DNA of 64,000 nucleotides, taken from an uncultured Planctomycetaceae bacterium. GTDB lineage: Bacteria > Planctomycetota > Planctomycetia > Planctomycetales > Planctomycetaceae. The stretch lies in contig CAWFGE010000019.1 in the NCBI GenBank assembly GCA_963815195.1, forward strand, positions 1-64,000, written 5' to 3'. Within the stretch, counting starts at the first letter, position 1. Every line of letters starts with the position of its first letter. The notes under the pieces are model-generated. The model made no database searches, was not told the origin of the DNA, and worked only from the letters and a program-made list of their open reading frames with translations. The position numbers and the translations under genes were made by a program. Of the stretch, positions 39,657 to 50,500 are shown piece by piece.

Positions 39657-40041
39657 AGCCTCCGGCCTTTGAATGTGAGCGGAAGGCGCTAGCCTCCGGC
39701 CTTTGAATGTGAGCGGAAGGCGCTAGCCTCCGGCCTTTGAATGTGAGCGGAAGGCGGCTAGCCTCCGGCCTTTGAATGTGAGCGGAAGGCGCTAGCCTCC
39801 GGCCTTTGAATGTGAGCGGAAGGCGCTAGCCTCCGGCCTTTGAATGTGAGCGGAAGGCGCTAGCCTCCGGCCTTTGAATGTGAGCGGAAGGCGCTAGCCT
39901 CCGCCCTGAGTCTTTGAATGTGAGCGGAAGGCGTCAGCCTCCGGCCTTTGAATGTGAGCGGAAGGCGCTAGCCTCCGGCCTGAGTCGATGAAGGGAAATC
40001 CCCACAAAACTCCAGGCCCGCGGCTAGCACCTTGCCGCTCA
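39657..40041 (+). repeat. Tandem array of nine 34-bp REP-derived units closed by one inverted REP arm
   Basis: Unit gcctccggcctttgaatgtgagcggaaggcgcta, core at about 39675, 39709, 39743, 39778, 39812, 39846, 39880, 39920, 39954; inverted arm aggcccgcggctagcaccttgccgctca at about 40014-40041. Confidence 0.95.
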
Positions 40042-40114
40042 TTTTTGTGAAAACTCGCCGCCCCTCCGTCGTATCAGGGATTAAGAAATCCTCACCTACA
40101 AAAACGACGGAACA

Positions 40115-40669
40115 ATGGACCCCAAACGGCAAAAACACATCAGCAAGTTTTTGAGCCTCGTCTTGCGGCATCAGCCGGAATGGATCGGCATTCAACTCGA
40201 TGCCCAGGGTTGGACGCCGGTGGACGCGTTAATCACCAAAGCCCAGCGCCACGGAACGCTGTTCTCCGAGGCGGAACTCCGGCAGGTGGCGGCGGATTCC
40301 GACAAACAGCGATTCGCCTTCAGCGACGACGGCACACAGATTCGGGCCAACCAGGGTCATTCAGTGACGGTGGACTTGGCCCTCGAACCGGCCGTTCCGC
40401 CGGAGGTGCTGTATCACGGCACCGTGGGAAAGTTCTTGGACAGCATTCGCCGGCAAGGTTTAAGGAAAGGGCAGCGGCATTACGTGCATCTTTCGCCCGA
40501 CGAGGCCACCGCGACCAAAGTCGGCTCCCGCCGTGGCCGCCCGGTGATTCTGCAAATCGCCAGCGGCCAAATGCACGCCGACGGCCTCGTGTTTTATCTC
40601 TCCGCGAACGGCGTCTGGCTCACCGACCATGTGCCGCCCTCGTACATGACTTTTCCCTCACAGGACTGA
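40115..40669 (+). CDS. kptA: RNA 2'-phosphotransferase (Tpt1/KptA)
   Basis: SKFLSLVLRH, DKQRF, IRANQGHS, LYHGT, RHYVHLS, NGVWLT. Confidence 0.96.
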   Translation: MDPKRQKHISKFLSLVLRHQPEWIGIQLDAQGWTPVDALITKAQRHGTLFSEAELRQVAADSDKQRFAFSDDGTQIRANQGHSVTVDLALEPAVPPEVLYHGTVGKFLDSIRRQGLRKGQRHYVHLSPDEATATKVGSRRGRPVILQIASGQMHADGLVFYLSANGVWLTDHVPPSYMTFPSQD

Positions 40670-40807
40670 TCGGTCTCCGCGAGATTTTCTCGCCGATGGA
40701 GTTGAAGATGGATGAGGGAAGATAGAGGATAGAGCAGAAACGCCGCATTGAAATGCGATCCTCCATCGGTCCTCATCAACCATCGCAGAGAAACCCGGGA
40801 GTCCCAC

Positions 40808-41372
40808 GTGAGCCGCGCCGACGATTTGGCCTTGATGCGGGAATACACGAACAGCGACAGCTTGCGAAAGCACATGCTGGCGGTGGAGTCCGCGATGCGG
40901 GCTTATGCGCGGAAGTTGGGCGAGGATGAGGAGAAATGGGGCGCGGTGGGGCTGCTCCATGATTTCGATTACGAGCGCTGGCCTGATCCGCCGGACCATC
41001 CGCTCAAAGGATCGGCGATCCTCAAAGAGCGCGGCTATTCGGACGAGATCATCTATGCCATCAAATCGCACGCCGACTACCTGCCCGACTGCCCGCGGGT
41101 GTCGCGGTTGGACAAGGGGCTTTATGCTTGCGACGAGCTTTGCGGATTCATCATGGCGTGCGCGTTGGTGCGTCCCACCCGGCTTGAAGGGCTGACGGCG
41201 AAGAGCGTGCGGAAGAAAATGAAGGCGCTGACCTTCGCGGCCGCCGTCCATCGCGACGACATCGTGCCGCGGGGCGGAGGATTTCGGCATGGAGTTGAAC
41301 GAGCACATCGAGTTTTGCATCGCCGCCATGCAGGGGATCGCCGGCGAACTGGGCCTCACGCCGGAATGCTAA
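40808..41372 (+). CDS. HD/HDIG-domain phosphohydrolase (one apparent frameshift near 41268)
   Basis: KHMLAVE, GLLHDFDYE, HPLKG, ACDELCG; C-terminus GAEDFGMELNEHIEFCIAAMQ...LGL continues in the shifted frame to TAA at 41370. Confidence 0.88.
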
Positions 41373-41400
41373 AACACCGGGTCTATCGCCCTGCGATTCT

Positions 41401-41544
41401 GGCTCTTCCGGCGAATCGGGGGGTAGACGTGGATGATCTTTTTGTGTGATGATCAATGAATGGAATGATGGATTTCACCTCCCCTTTGGGCCCTTTGGGG
41501 AGGTGAAAGACCGTCGTCGTTGCCCCTCATTCCCCGGAAGAACC
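41401..41544 (+). mobile_element. MITE copy 2 (144 bp, extra internal hairpin)
   Basis: GGCTCTTCCGGCGAAT...ATTCCCCGGAAGAACC termini; about 85 bp nearly identical to the reverse complement of 25117-25204. Confidence 0.75.
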
Positions 41545-41579
41545 TTAATTCTTTAACCCCCAGGAAAACCAACAGCCGA

Positions 41580-43730
41580 TCAAGGCACGCTCTTGAGGTC
41601 GCAGGACAGGCCGCCGGCGGCGGGGACGTAGGTGTGGCGGACGTAGTCCATCACCATGCGGTCCGCGTTGAACCGCCAGCCCAACGAGCGGACGGCGTGC
41701 TTCATGCGGAAGATCCACTCCTGCGGCAAGTCGTCGGCGTCGCGGACGTAGAACAGCGGAATGACTTCGTTCTTGAGCACGTCCATCAGGAACTGGCCGT
41801 CCCGCTCATCCTGGATTTCCACACTCGAATGGGTCCGGCCGGTGCCGATGGCAAAACCGTTCTTGCCGTCGTAGGCTTCGGCCCACCAACCGTCCAGGAC
41901 CGAGCAGTTGAGTCCGCCGTTCAAAACGACTTTCTGGCCACTGGTTCCCGAAGCTTCCAACGGCCGGCGAGGATTGTTGAGCCACACATCGACGCCTTGG
42001 ACCAGGTGCCGGCCGAGGTTGATGTCGTAATCTTCCAAGAGCACGATCCGGCCTTTGAACTGGGGATTTTCGGTCATCTTGTAGATCCGCTGCACGATCC
42101 GTTTGCCGTTCTCGTCGGCGGGGTGGGCTTTCCCGGCGAACACGAATTGCACGGGGCGTTTGGAATCGTTGATGATCTGGCCCAGAAAGTCGACGTCCTT
42201 GGCGATCAGGTCCGCGCGTTTGTACGGAGCAAACCGGCGAGCAAAGCCGATGGTCAGGTAATGCGGGTCGAGAGCTTCGGAGAGTTCCGCGATCCGGGCG
42301 TCGCTGTCGCCGCGGCGCTGGGCCTGCTTGACGAGTCGCCGGCGGGCGTAGTTGATGAGCCGGTTTTTGAGCGATTGGTGGGTTTCCCACAACTCGGCGG
42401 GGGTGACGGCTTGAAAGCCCGCCCAGACTTCCGGTTCGCCGGTGCGGAGAAACCACTCGCCCGGCAGCATGCGGTCGTAGATGTCGCGCATCTGGCCGGC
42501 GAGCCACGACGGAACGTGCACGCCGTTGGTGATGTGCCCGATCGGGATTTCTTCCTCGCTCCGCCAAGGCCACAGGCTGGCCCACATCCGCCGGCTGACG
42601 ACGCCGTGCAGACTGGAGACCGCGTTCGCCCGCCGGCTGAGCTTGAACGCGAGCACCGTCATGCAAAACGTTTCTTCGGGGTTCTGCGGATCGACGCGGC
42701 CCAGTCCCATAAGGCCCTCGTGATTGAGGCCCAATTGATCCGCGAGCGGCCCGACGTGCTCTTCGATGAGATCCGCGGTGAAGCGGTCGTGGCCGGCCGG
42801 GACGGGCGTGTGGGTGGTAAAGACCCCGGCGGCGGCGGTGTCGCGAAGGGCCTCATCGAAGGACAGGCCGTCTTCGTGCATCCGCATGCGGACGACTTCC
42901 AGCGGAGCAAACGCGGAGTGCCCTTCGTTCATGTGGTACACGCTGGGCTGAATGCCGAGGGCCGCGAGCGCCCGCACGCCGCCGATGCCCAGGATGATTT
43001 CCTGCCGAATCCGCGTGCGGTGGTCGCCGCCGTAGAGCCGGGCCGTGAGCCGGCGGTCTTCCTCGGGGTTCTCGGGCACGTCGGTGTCCAGCAAATAGAG
43101 GCGAATCCGCCCCACGTTGACTTGCCACACGCGGGCAAAGATCGATTGGTTTCGCGTGTGGACGGAGACCATCACCGGCTCGCCTTTGGGATCGAGGGCC
43201 GGATGCATCGGCAGGCGGGCGGTGTCCACTTCGGTGTAGGATTGCTGCTGCCAGCCGTCTTTATCGATCTGCTGGGAGAAATATCCCTCGTCATAGAATA
43301 AACCAATGCCCACGAGGGGCACGCCCAAATCCGAGGCGCTTTTCAGATGGTCGCCCGCCAGGACGCCCAGGCCGCCCGAATAAATCGGCAGCGACTCGTG
43401 CAGCCCGAACTCGGCCGAGAAATACGCGGCCGGCCGCTGGCCCAAAATCCCCGCGTGGGTCGTGCCCCAACTGTCGGTGGATTCCATATATTCCCGCCAG
43501 CGGCGGTAGGCGCGGTTGATCCGCGAATGAATCACCAGTTCCCGCACCCGCTCTTCGAGCTTGTCCGGCGGATATTCTTCCAGAAGCTGCACCGGGTTAT
43601 GGGCCAAGACCGACCAGCGGGTGGGATCGATGGATCGAAAAATCTCGGTGACCTCGGGCTGCCAGCTCCACCACAGATTGCTGGCCAGTTCCGTCAGTTT
43701 TTGGTGCGCGGTCTTTTGTTTGGCTGCCAT
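41580..43730 (-). CDS. glgP: Alpha-glucan (glycogen) phosphorylase
   Basis: [44 protein letters not shown]. Confidence 0.96.
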   Translation of the reverse strand: MAAKQKTAHQKLTELASNLWWSWQPEVTEIFRSIDPTRWSVLAHNPVQLLEEYPPDKLEERVRELVIHSRINRAYRRWREYMESTDSWGTTHAGILGQRPAAYFSAEFGLHESLPIYSGGLGVLAGDHLKSASDLGVPLVGIGLFYDEGYFSQQIDKDGWQQQSYTEVDTARLPMHPALDPKGEPVMVSVHTRNQSIFARVWQVNVGRIRLYLLDTDVPENPEEDRRLTARLYGGDHRTRIRQEIILGIGGVRALAALGIQPSVYHMNEGHSAFAPLEVVRMRMHEDGLSFDEALRDTAAAGVFTTHTPVPAGHDRFTADLIEEHVGPLADQLGLNHEGLMGLGRVDPQNPEETFCMTVLAFKLSRRANAVSSLHGVVSRRMWASLWPWRSEEEIPIGHITNGVHVPSWLAGQMRDIYDRMLPGEWFLRTGEPEVWAGFQAVTPAELWETHQSLKNRLINYARRRLVKQAQRRGDSDARIAELSEALDPHYLTIGFARRFAPYKRADLIAKDVDFLGQIINDSKRPVQFVFAGKAHPADENGKRIVQRIYKMTENPQFKGRIVLLEDYDINLGRHLVQGVDVWLNNPRRPLEASGTSGQKVVLNGGLNCSVLDGWWAEAYDGKNGFAIGTGRTHSSVEIQDERDGQFLMDVLKNEVIPLFYVRDADDLPQEWIFRMKHAVRSLGWRFNADRMVMDYVRHTYVPAAGGLSCDLKSVP

Positions 43731-44061
43731 GGAATTCCATCCCGTTGATGTTGCGAAGGCGAGCGCACAGGCTCAGGGAAGCGCAAAAAACTCCCTTTCC
43801 CAAGCCTCGAAGTATATCGACTCTGGCGGGAAGGTCGAGAGACAATCGAAAATGTTCCTCCAGTTTTTCCGCCTGGGAGAGTTGCATCCGGGCACCAGAA
43901 ACCGCACGATGCAAGGGAACTTTTCGGAGAAAATCGCGAGATTTCCTGTTCTCCGCCGGAGTGAATTATAGCCGCTTCGTCCGACGGAATAACCCGAACT
44001 TTTTTCCGGGAACGCTCCAATTCCGTGTTTTTTTCCCACGAAAACTGCTGTGAGGTGCCTT

Positions 44062-45534
44062 ATGTCTAGTGCAAATTTCTGGATTTTTGTCTGCTCGATG
44101 CTCCTCGGCCCTTGGCTTTCCCTCGCTGCGAAGGCGGAGGTTGGTGAACAACTCAGCCCGGCTCAACAGGCGGCGGTCGAGTCCGTCGAACAGCACAAAT
44201 CCCAAATCCTCGACACAAATCGGAGAATCTGGGAGCACGCCGAGTTGGGGCTTCAGGAACGCCAATCGTCCGAACTCTTGATGTCCCAACTGAAAGCGGC
44301 GGGGTTTGAGGTGAAATCCGGACTTGCGGGCATGCCCACGGCGTTTGTCGCGGAATACGGCTCCGGAAAACCGGTGATCGGGATTCTCGCCGAGTACGAC
44401 GCCCTGCCCGGGATGTCCCAAAAAGTTTCGCCCGTCCGCGATCCCTTGAAAGCCGACGAACCGGGCCACGCCTGCGGGCACAGTGGCTTGGGTTCGGGCG
44501 CCTTGGGGGCCGCCCTAGCCGTGCGGGACGTGATGGAAAAGCAAAAGCTCCCCGGCACACTCAGGCTCTATGGAACGCCCGCCGAGGAAACCGTCATCGG
44601 CAAAGTCTATATGACCCTCGCCGGCGTGTTTAACGATCTCGACGTGTGCCTGCACTGGCATCCCGCGACAAAAAACCAGCCCTGGGCCGGCAGTTCCAAG
44701 GCGCTCATCTCCGCGAAGTTCACGTTCAAAGGCCTTTCCGCCCATGCCGCGGGCAGTCCGGAAAGCGGCCGCAGCGCGCTCGATGCGGTGGAACTCATGA
44801 ACGTGGGCGTCAACTACATGCGGGAGCACGTCAAGGAGGATGCCCGGTTTCATTATGTGATCACCAACGGCGGCGGGGCTCCGAACGTCGTCCCCGCCGA
44901 GGCCACCGTCTGGTACTTTGTGCGGGCCGACGCGCATGAAGACGTGGAACGCTATTACGATTGGATCAACGACATCGCCAAAGGGGCGGCCCTCATGACG
45001 CACACGAAGATGTCCGTCCAAATCGACACCGACTGCCACGAGATCATTTCCAACCAGGTGCTCTCGGAGTTGTTCTATCAAAACCTCAAAGCCGTCGGCC
45101 CGCCCAAGTTCACCGAAGAAGACCGCGCCTTCGCCCGCCGATTGCAGGAGCCGTTGATCGAGCAATTCGGGACCAAGTTCCCGCTGGCGATCGATGAAAC
45201 CGTGAAAACCGTTGCGGAGTCCAACAGTCCCAGCAAAGGCTCGACCGACGTGGGCGACATCAGTTGGTACGTGCCCACCGGCGGACTGCGGACGGCGTGC
45301 TTCATGGCGGACAGCCCCGGCCACAGTTGGCAAAATGTGGCCTGCATCGCCTCGCCCATCGGAGAGAAAGGGATCGTGTACGCGTCCAAAGTCATCGCGG
45401 CGACGGCGATTAAACTTTTGGAATCCCCCGAAACCGTCGCCGCCGCCAAACACGATTGGCAAACCCGCATGAAAGACCGAAAATACACGACGCGGATTCC
45501 CAAAGGCCAAAACCCGCCCAAACAAATCCGCTAG
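44062..45534 (+). CDS. M20-family amidohydrolase (AbgB-like) with signal peptide
   Basis: EYDALPG, GHACGH, GTPAEE, HWHP, GSTDVGDIS. Confidence 0.9.
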   Translation: MSSANFWIFVCSMLLGPWLSLAAKAEVGEQLSPAQQAAVESVEQHKSQILDTNRRIWEHAELGLQERQSSELLMSQLKAAGFEVKSGLAGMPTAFVAEYGSGKPVIGILAEYDALPGMSQKVSPVRDPLKADEPGHACGHSGLGSGALGAALAVRDVMEKQKLPGTLRLYGTPAEETVIGKVYMTLAGVFNDLDVCLHWHPATKNQPWAGSSKALISAKFTFKGLSAHAAGSPESGRSALDAVELMNVGVNYMREHVKEDARFHYVITNGGGAPNVVPAEATVWYFVRADAHEDVERYYDWINDIAKGAALMTHTKMSVQIDTDCHEIISNQVLSELFYQNLKAVGPPKFTEEDRAFARRLQEPLIEQFGTKFPLAIDETVKTVAESNSPSKGSTDVGDISWYVPTGGLRTACFMADSPGHSWQNVACIASPIGEKGIVYASKVIAATAIKLLESPETVAAAKHDWQTRMKDRKYTTRIPKGQNPPKQIR

Positions 45535-45693
45535 GCGAGCGGCCGATGGTCCATTCGCTTGAGCTTCGGCAACCCGATCGCGGGCACAAGGACGACTGCT
45601 GGCTTGCCCGCCCCATCCAGATACATTTCAAAATACCGCCGGGATCGGTTATCCTGCAGTCGCGATGTTTTGGGGTTTTTGAGGAGTTATCAG

Positions 45694-47040
45694 ATGCTGA
45701 AGATCGAAGGCAATTCGGTTCGGCTTTGTGATGGGCTGCCGCGGCGGTCCTTTTTGCAGATCGGCGGCTTGGCGATGGGGGGACTGGCATTGCCGCAGAT
45801 CCTCGCCGCGGAGGATCGGCAAGGCAGCGCTTCGCCGCACAAAGCCGTGATTATGATTTTCCTGGCGGGCGGACCGCCCCATCAGGACATGCTCGATCTC
45901 AAGCCGAACGCTCCGCAAGAAGTCCGCGGCGAGTTCGACCCGATTGCCACGAGCGTCCCGGGCATTCAGATCAGCGAACTCATGCCCCGCGTCGCGAGCC
46001 GGATGGACAAGTTCGCGATCATCCGCTCGCTCGTGGGGGCCGAGGGCCGGCACGATTCGTTCGAGTGCTGCACCGGGCATCACTTCGCGGGCAGGCAGCC
46101 GCAAGGGGGCTGGCCTGCGATGGGCTCATCGTTGTCCAAGCTCTTTGGGCCGGTCGATCCGTCCGTGCCGCCTTACATGGACCTGTCGCAGAAAATGGCC
46201 CACGATCCGTGGAACGTCAAAGGTCCGGGGTTTCTCGGAATGGCTCATGCGCCGTTCCGCGCGGATGGGGAGTCGATGAAGAACATGCAGGTCAGCCGGG
46301 ATGGAACCGCAAGGCTCGACCGCCGCGCTTCCCTTTTGGCCGAACTGGACCGCTTTCGCCGCGTGGCGGACGCGCGGTTGGACTCCGGCGTTTACGACAC
46401 CTTCACCGAGCAGGCCTTGGGCGTGCTCAGCTCATCCAAGCTGGTCAAAGCCCTCGATCTGGAACAGGAGGACCCGGAAGTCCGCGCTCGTTATGGGCAG
46501 GACGATCCGAATGTGCTCGGATATTCGCTCGAAAAGGGCTATCAGGCGCTGATGTCCCCCTTCCTGCAAGCCCGGCGGCTGGTGGAAGCCGGCGTGCGCT
46601 GCGTGACGTGCAGCTTCGCGCATTTCGACTGGCACGGCAACAATTTCGGCAGTGCCCGCAAAGTTGTTCCGCTGTTGGATCAGGGCGTGGCGGCCCTGGT
46701 CGAAGATCTGCACGAGCGCGGTCTCGATCGAGATGTGACAGTGCTGGTGTGGGGCGAATTTGGACGAACGCCTAAAATCAACGAACGGGCGGGGCGGGAC
46801 CATTGGCCGCGAGTCCATGCGGCCCTCATGGCGGGCGGAGGCATGACGACCGGTCAGGTCATCGGCTCGACAAACCGCCTGGCGGAAGAGGCCGCAACTC
46901 GGCCCGTTCCGATGCAAGACGTGTTCGCCACGGTTTATCACAATCTCGGGATTGATGTCGCCCAAACGACAATTCCCGACCACAATGGACGCCCCCAATA
47001 CCTCGTCGAGCGGCATGATGTGATTCGCGAGTTGGTTTGA
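45694..47040 (+). CDS. DUF1501 domain protein (Tat-like N-terminus)
   Basis: RRSFLQIG, IFLAGGPPHQD, ARRLVEAGV, WGEFGRTP, GRDHW. Confidence 0.93.
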   Translation: MLKIEGNSVRLCDGLPRRSFLQIGGLAMGGLALPQILAAEDRQGSASPHKAVIMIFLAGGPPHQDMLDLKPNAPQEVRGEFDPIATSVPGIQISELMPRVASRMDKFAIIRSLVGAEGRHDSFECCTGHHFAGRQPQGGWPAMGSSLSKLFGPVDPSVPPYMDLSQKMAHDPWNVKGPGFLGMAHAPFRADGESMKNMQVSRDGTARLDRRASLLAELDRFRRVADARLDSGVYDTFTEQALGVLSSSKLVKALDLEQEDPEVRARYGQDDPNVLGYSLEKGYQALMSPFLQARRLVEAGVRCVTCSFAHFDWHGNNFGSARKVVPLLDQGVAALVEDLHERGLDRDVTVLVWGEFGRTPKINERAGRDHWPRVHAALMAGGGMTTGQVIGSTNRLAEEAATRPVPMQDVFATVYHNLGIDVAQTTIPDHNGRPQYLVERHDVIRELV

Positions 47041-47126
47041 GGCCGCGGGGCGATGCCTTTCTAAGAGGGAGCTTGCTTGAACCGGCGGACTCCCTACCAA
47101 ACTGTGATAGAAAGCTTGTCACCCCT

Positions 47127-47425
47127 ATGAATCCAATTCTCAAGAGCGTGTGCTACGCGGTTGCCGTGCTGGGGCTGGGATTTCACGGCTTGTTTTCTGA
47201 TACGGAAGAACCGCCGACACCGCCGGTCAAAACGCTGATTCTTCCCGGTGAGTCGTTCCTCGTCGAGGGCCGCCCGGCGTTCATGTTGCTGCCGCCCCCG
47301 GATAAGCGACAAGACCCGCAGCCGTGGATTCTGTACGCCCCCACCCTGCCGGCCTATCCCGACAGCCATGAGAAATGGATGCACGAGCAGTTCCTCCAGG
47401 CAGGCGTGGCCGTGGCGGGGATTGA
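47127..47425 (+). pseudogene. 5' fragment of a secreted alpha/beta hydrolase
   Basis: PWILYAPTLPAYPD..EKWMHEQFLQAGVAVAGI, then coding character is lost and the frame runs antisense into the kinase gene; no GxSxG. Confidence 0.65.
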
Positions 47426-47507
47426 AGGTGGCAGAACACAAATATCAGATCAGATCAGACTGCGCAAGTGGCTTCAGGTTGTCGCTAAAGTTGCGTGGTG
47501 TCCACTG

Positions 47508-50500
47508 CTACGGTTCCGGTCTTCCCATCTGCGGACGCCCAGACGTGAGGTGGTTCGGGGCGAGCTTCTGGAGTTGAATTGTGTCCCAAACGCGCACAAA
47601 CCCGTTTTGATCCACGGTGGCCAGAACGCGTCCGTCGGCCGAAAGACACATGCACGACAGCGCGTTGTCCGAGGTGACCACGAATTTGCTCTGTTCCGGG
47701 TTTGAGATTTGCCAGAGGCGGACTGTGCGATCCATTCCCCCCGAAATCAGTTTGTCCCCATCGGCAAGGAACGCGATGTCAACAATCTCGTCGGCATGAC
47801 CGGCCAACATCGCGATTTCCCGGCCGGTTTCCGCATCCCAGACGCGGATGACAGGGTCTCCAAAACCTCCCGCCCCGGCAATCCGCCGGCCGTCCGGAGA
47901 AAAAGCCACAGCGGTCAGTCCCCACTTATGACCTGCCAAAGTCTGCTCGCACGCTCCGGTTTCGAGATTCCATAGTCGCACGGTGTTGTCCCAACTGCCG
48001 CTGGCTAAGCGAATCCCGTCTGGCGAAAACGCCACGCTACTGATGACGCTGGTATGCCCCTCAAGAGTCTTCGCGAGTTCGCCGGTCTTCGCGTTCCACA
48101 GGACCAGTTTCTTTCCGGCCCCGCCGCCCGCGAGCCAACGGCCATCGGGAGAATATCGGATGCATTCCACGCCGCCTTCCAGCGGAGCCAACGCAATGAG
48201 TTCGGCCCCGTTTGCCGCATCGTAAACTCGGATCGTTTGCTCGCGGCTGGCAACGGCGATTTGTTTCCCATCCGGCGAAAAGGCGACCGTTGCCCCTTGG
48301 CCGGTGGGCGGGAGTTCGAGCCGCGTGTTGCCGTTCGTCACGTCCCATATCGAGATCTGTGCCGAACCCGTGGCCCCGGCAATGGACTGCCCGTCCGGTG
48401 CAAAGGACATCGAGCGCACATACTTCGTGGTGGGTTGAAACTCCTTGCGGAGGAGATTCCCTTGTGCCGCGGCGGTTTTGGACTGGGCCTGAACCAATTC
48501 GCGGCTGGCCGCGTGCCAGAGTTTCAGTTGCCGGCCTACGCGATTGGCGGACCGCAGGCCGCTGCCCGCCGCCAGCGTTCGCCCGTCGTGCGAAAAAGTC
48601 ACGGAGTAAACGACGCCGGTATGCCCACCCAACGTCAGCAGAAGCTGACGGCTTTTCAAACTCCACAATTTGACGGTGCCGTCCCAACTGGCTGTGGCCA
48701 ATGTTCGGCCATCGGGCGAGATGTCAAGCCCGTAGATCACCTCCTGATGTCCTTTCAGAACGGCCTGAAGTTTCCAATCCGCCGTGGCCCAGATGCGGGC
48801 TGTGCGGTCGTGGCCGGCGGTGACGGCGAATTTCGCATCCGGCGTGAACGCCACGTCTTCCACGTTTTCCGTATGAAAACCATCTTTCCCGGATTCGAGG
48901 TGCGCGACCAATCGGCCGGTGGCGAGGTCCCAGACTCGCAAATCCGTGGCAGGCGGGCCTTCGCGATGGCAGCAACCGGCCAACCACTTGCCGTCGGGCG
49001 AAAAGGCCAAGGCCCGAATGGTCCTCCCGGAGCCTTCGAACCGCTTCATTTCGTTGCCGGTTTCCACATCCCAGAGTCGCACCGTATTGTCGTGGCTGCC
49101 GGTCGCCACAATCCGTGAATTGGGTGAAAACGCCAGCGACCACACGGCGTCATAATGAGCCTGGATCGTGTGCAAAACCTTTCCCGTCACCGCGTCGCGG
49201 AGGACGAGCTGACCGCCCCAGGCAATGGTGGCCAGCTTCGTGCCATCGGGCGAATACGCCGCCAACGCGTCCGGCCCGAGCACCGGGTACCTGGCGAGTT
49301 CTTCGCCCGTCGGCACATCGATGATGGCCGCTCCGGGCGAGCTCGCCGCGATCCGGCGGCTATCCGGTGAGAAGGACAAGGAATAGACGTTGGCGCCCGT
49401 GCCGGAAATCGTCGTTTCGGTCAATCGGCCATCGACGTACCACAACCGCGCGGTCCGGTCCCAACTTCCGGTGGCGAGAAGTTCGCCGTCCCGCGAAAAA
49501 TCGAGGGCAACCACATAACTTTCATGTCCCAGGAACGAGTGGATTTCAGTGACTTGCTTCAGGTCCCAGAGTTTGACTTGCCGGTCCCAACTGGCCGATG
49601 CCAATCGATCGCCGGTGGGCGAAAAGGCCACCGCGGTGACGCCCACACGATGGCCCCGCAGCCGATTTTGGAGATGAAGCTCCGCAGCATCCCAAAGGAG
49701 GATCTCAGCCGGTCCGTCCCATTTGCCCGCGCCGGTCGCGAGACGTTTGCCGTCCGGGGCGAACTTCACCGACCAGACCGGGCCGGTGTGGCGACGCGAA
49801 GTTTGCTTTTGAGCACCGCTTGCGACGTCCCAGGTCCGCAGCACGGCGTCCCAACCGCCGGCGGCCAGCCGTTCTCCATCGGGAGAAAAATCCAGCGAGA
49901 GAATCCCGCCGCTCGATCCGCTTAATGTCCGCACACGGTTGCCGTTTATCGCATCCCACAAGACGACTTCCCCGAAACGCTTTAGGCCCGAAATCCAAAT
50001 CAGCCGAGTCAGAGGCGTGCCGCCCTCTCCTTCATACCTCGCCGTGCCGGTCGCCACGGTTTTTCCATCCGGCGAAAATGCGACCGCCATGACGGTCTCG
50101 GGCATTGCGGTTGATGGTTCCAACGCCGAAAGCAATTTCGCATTAGCCGGATCCATCACGACGGCCCGCGCCAGATTTCCTTCGCCCTGTCCGCCGATCG
50201 CCAGACAATTTCCGTCGGGCGAGTAGTCGAGCGACCAGACCTCGTGGAATCCCGAGCGGAGCGAGCGTTCGGGTTTTCCGGTGGCGACCTCCCACAGAGT
50301 CACCCCGCCCCCCGCGCCGCCCGCGGTCGCCAACTGCCGGCCGTCGGGCGAAAACGCCACCGCCCGGACGGTGTCGGCCAAGGCCAGCACTTGCCGCTCG
50401 CTATGGCAAAGCTGCCAGAGGTAATACCACTCGAATCCCCGCAGATCCGTCTGACCTTGGGTCGGAACGTGATGATTCAAAAGCTCGAGCACCCGCTCGA

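Noticed and set aside
39657..39981. CRISPR array
   Set aside because: Units are head-to-tail with no unique spacers, no cas genes are nearby, and the unit matches a dispersed REP family
47037..47705. Intact 222-aa protein as listed in the ORF track
   Set aside because: Second half overlaps the kinase gene antisense and lacks catalytic motifs; treated as a truncated gene
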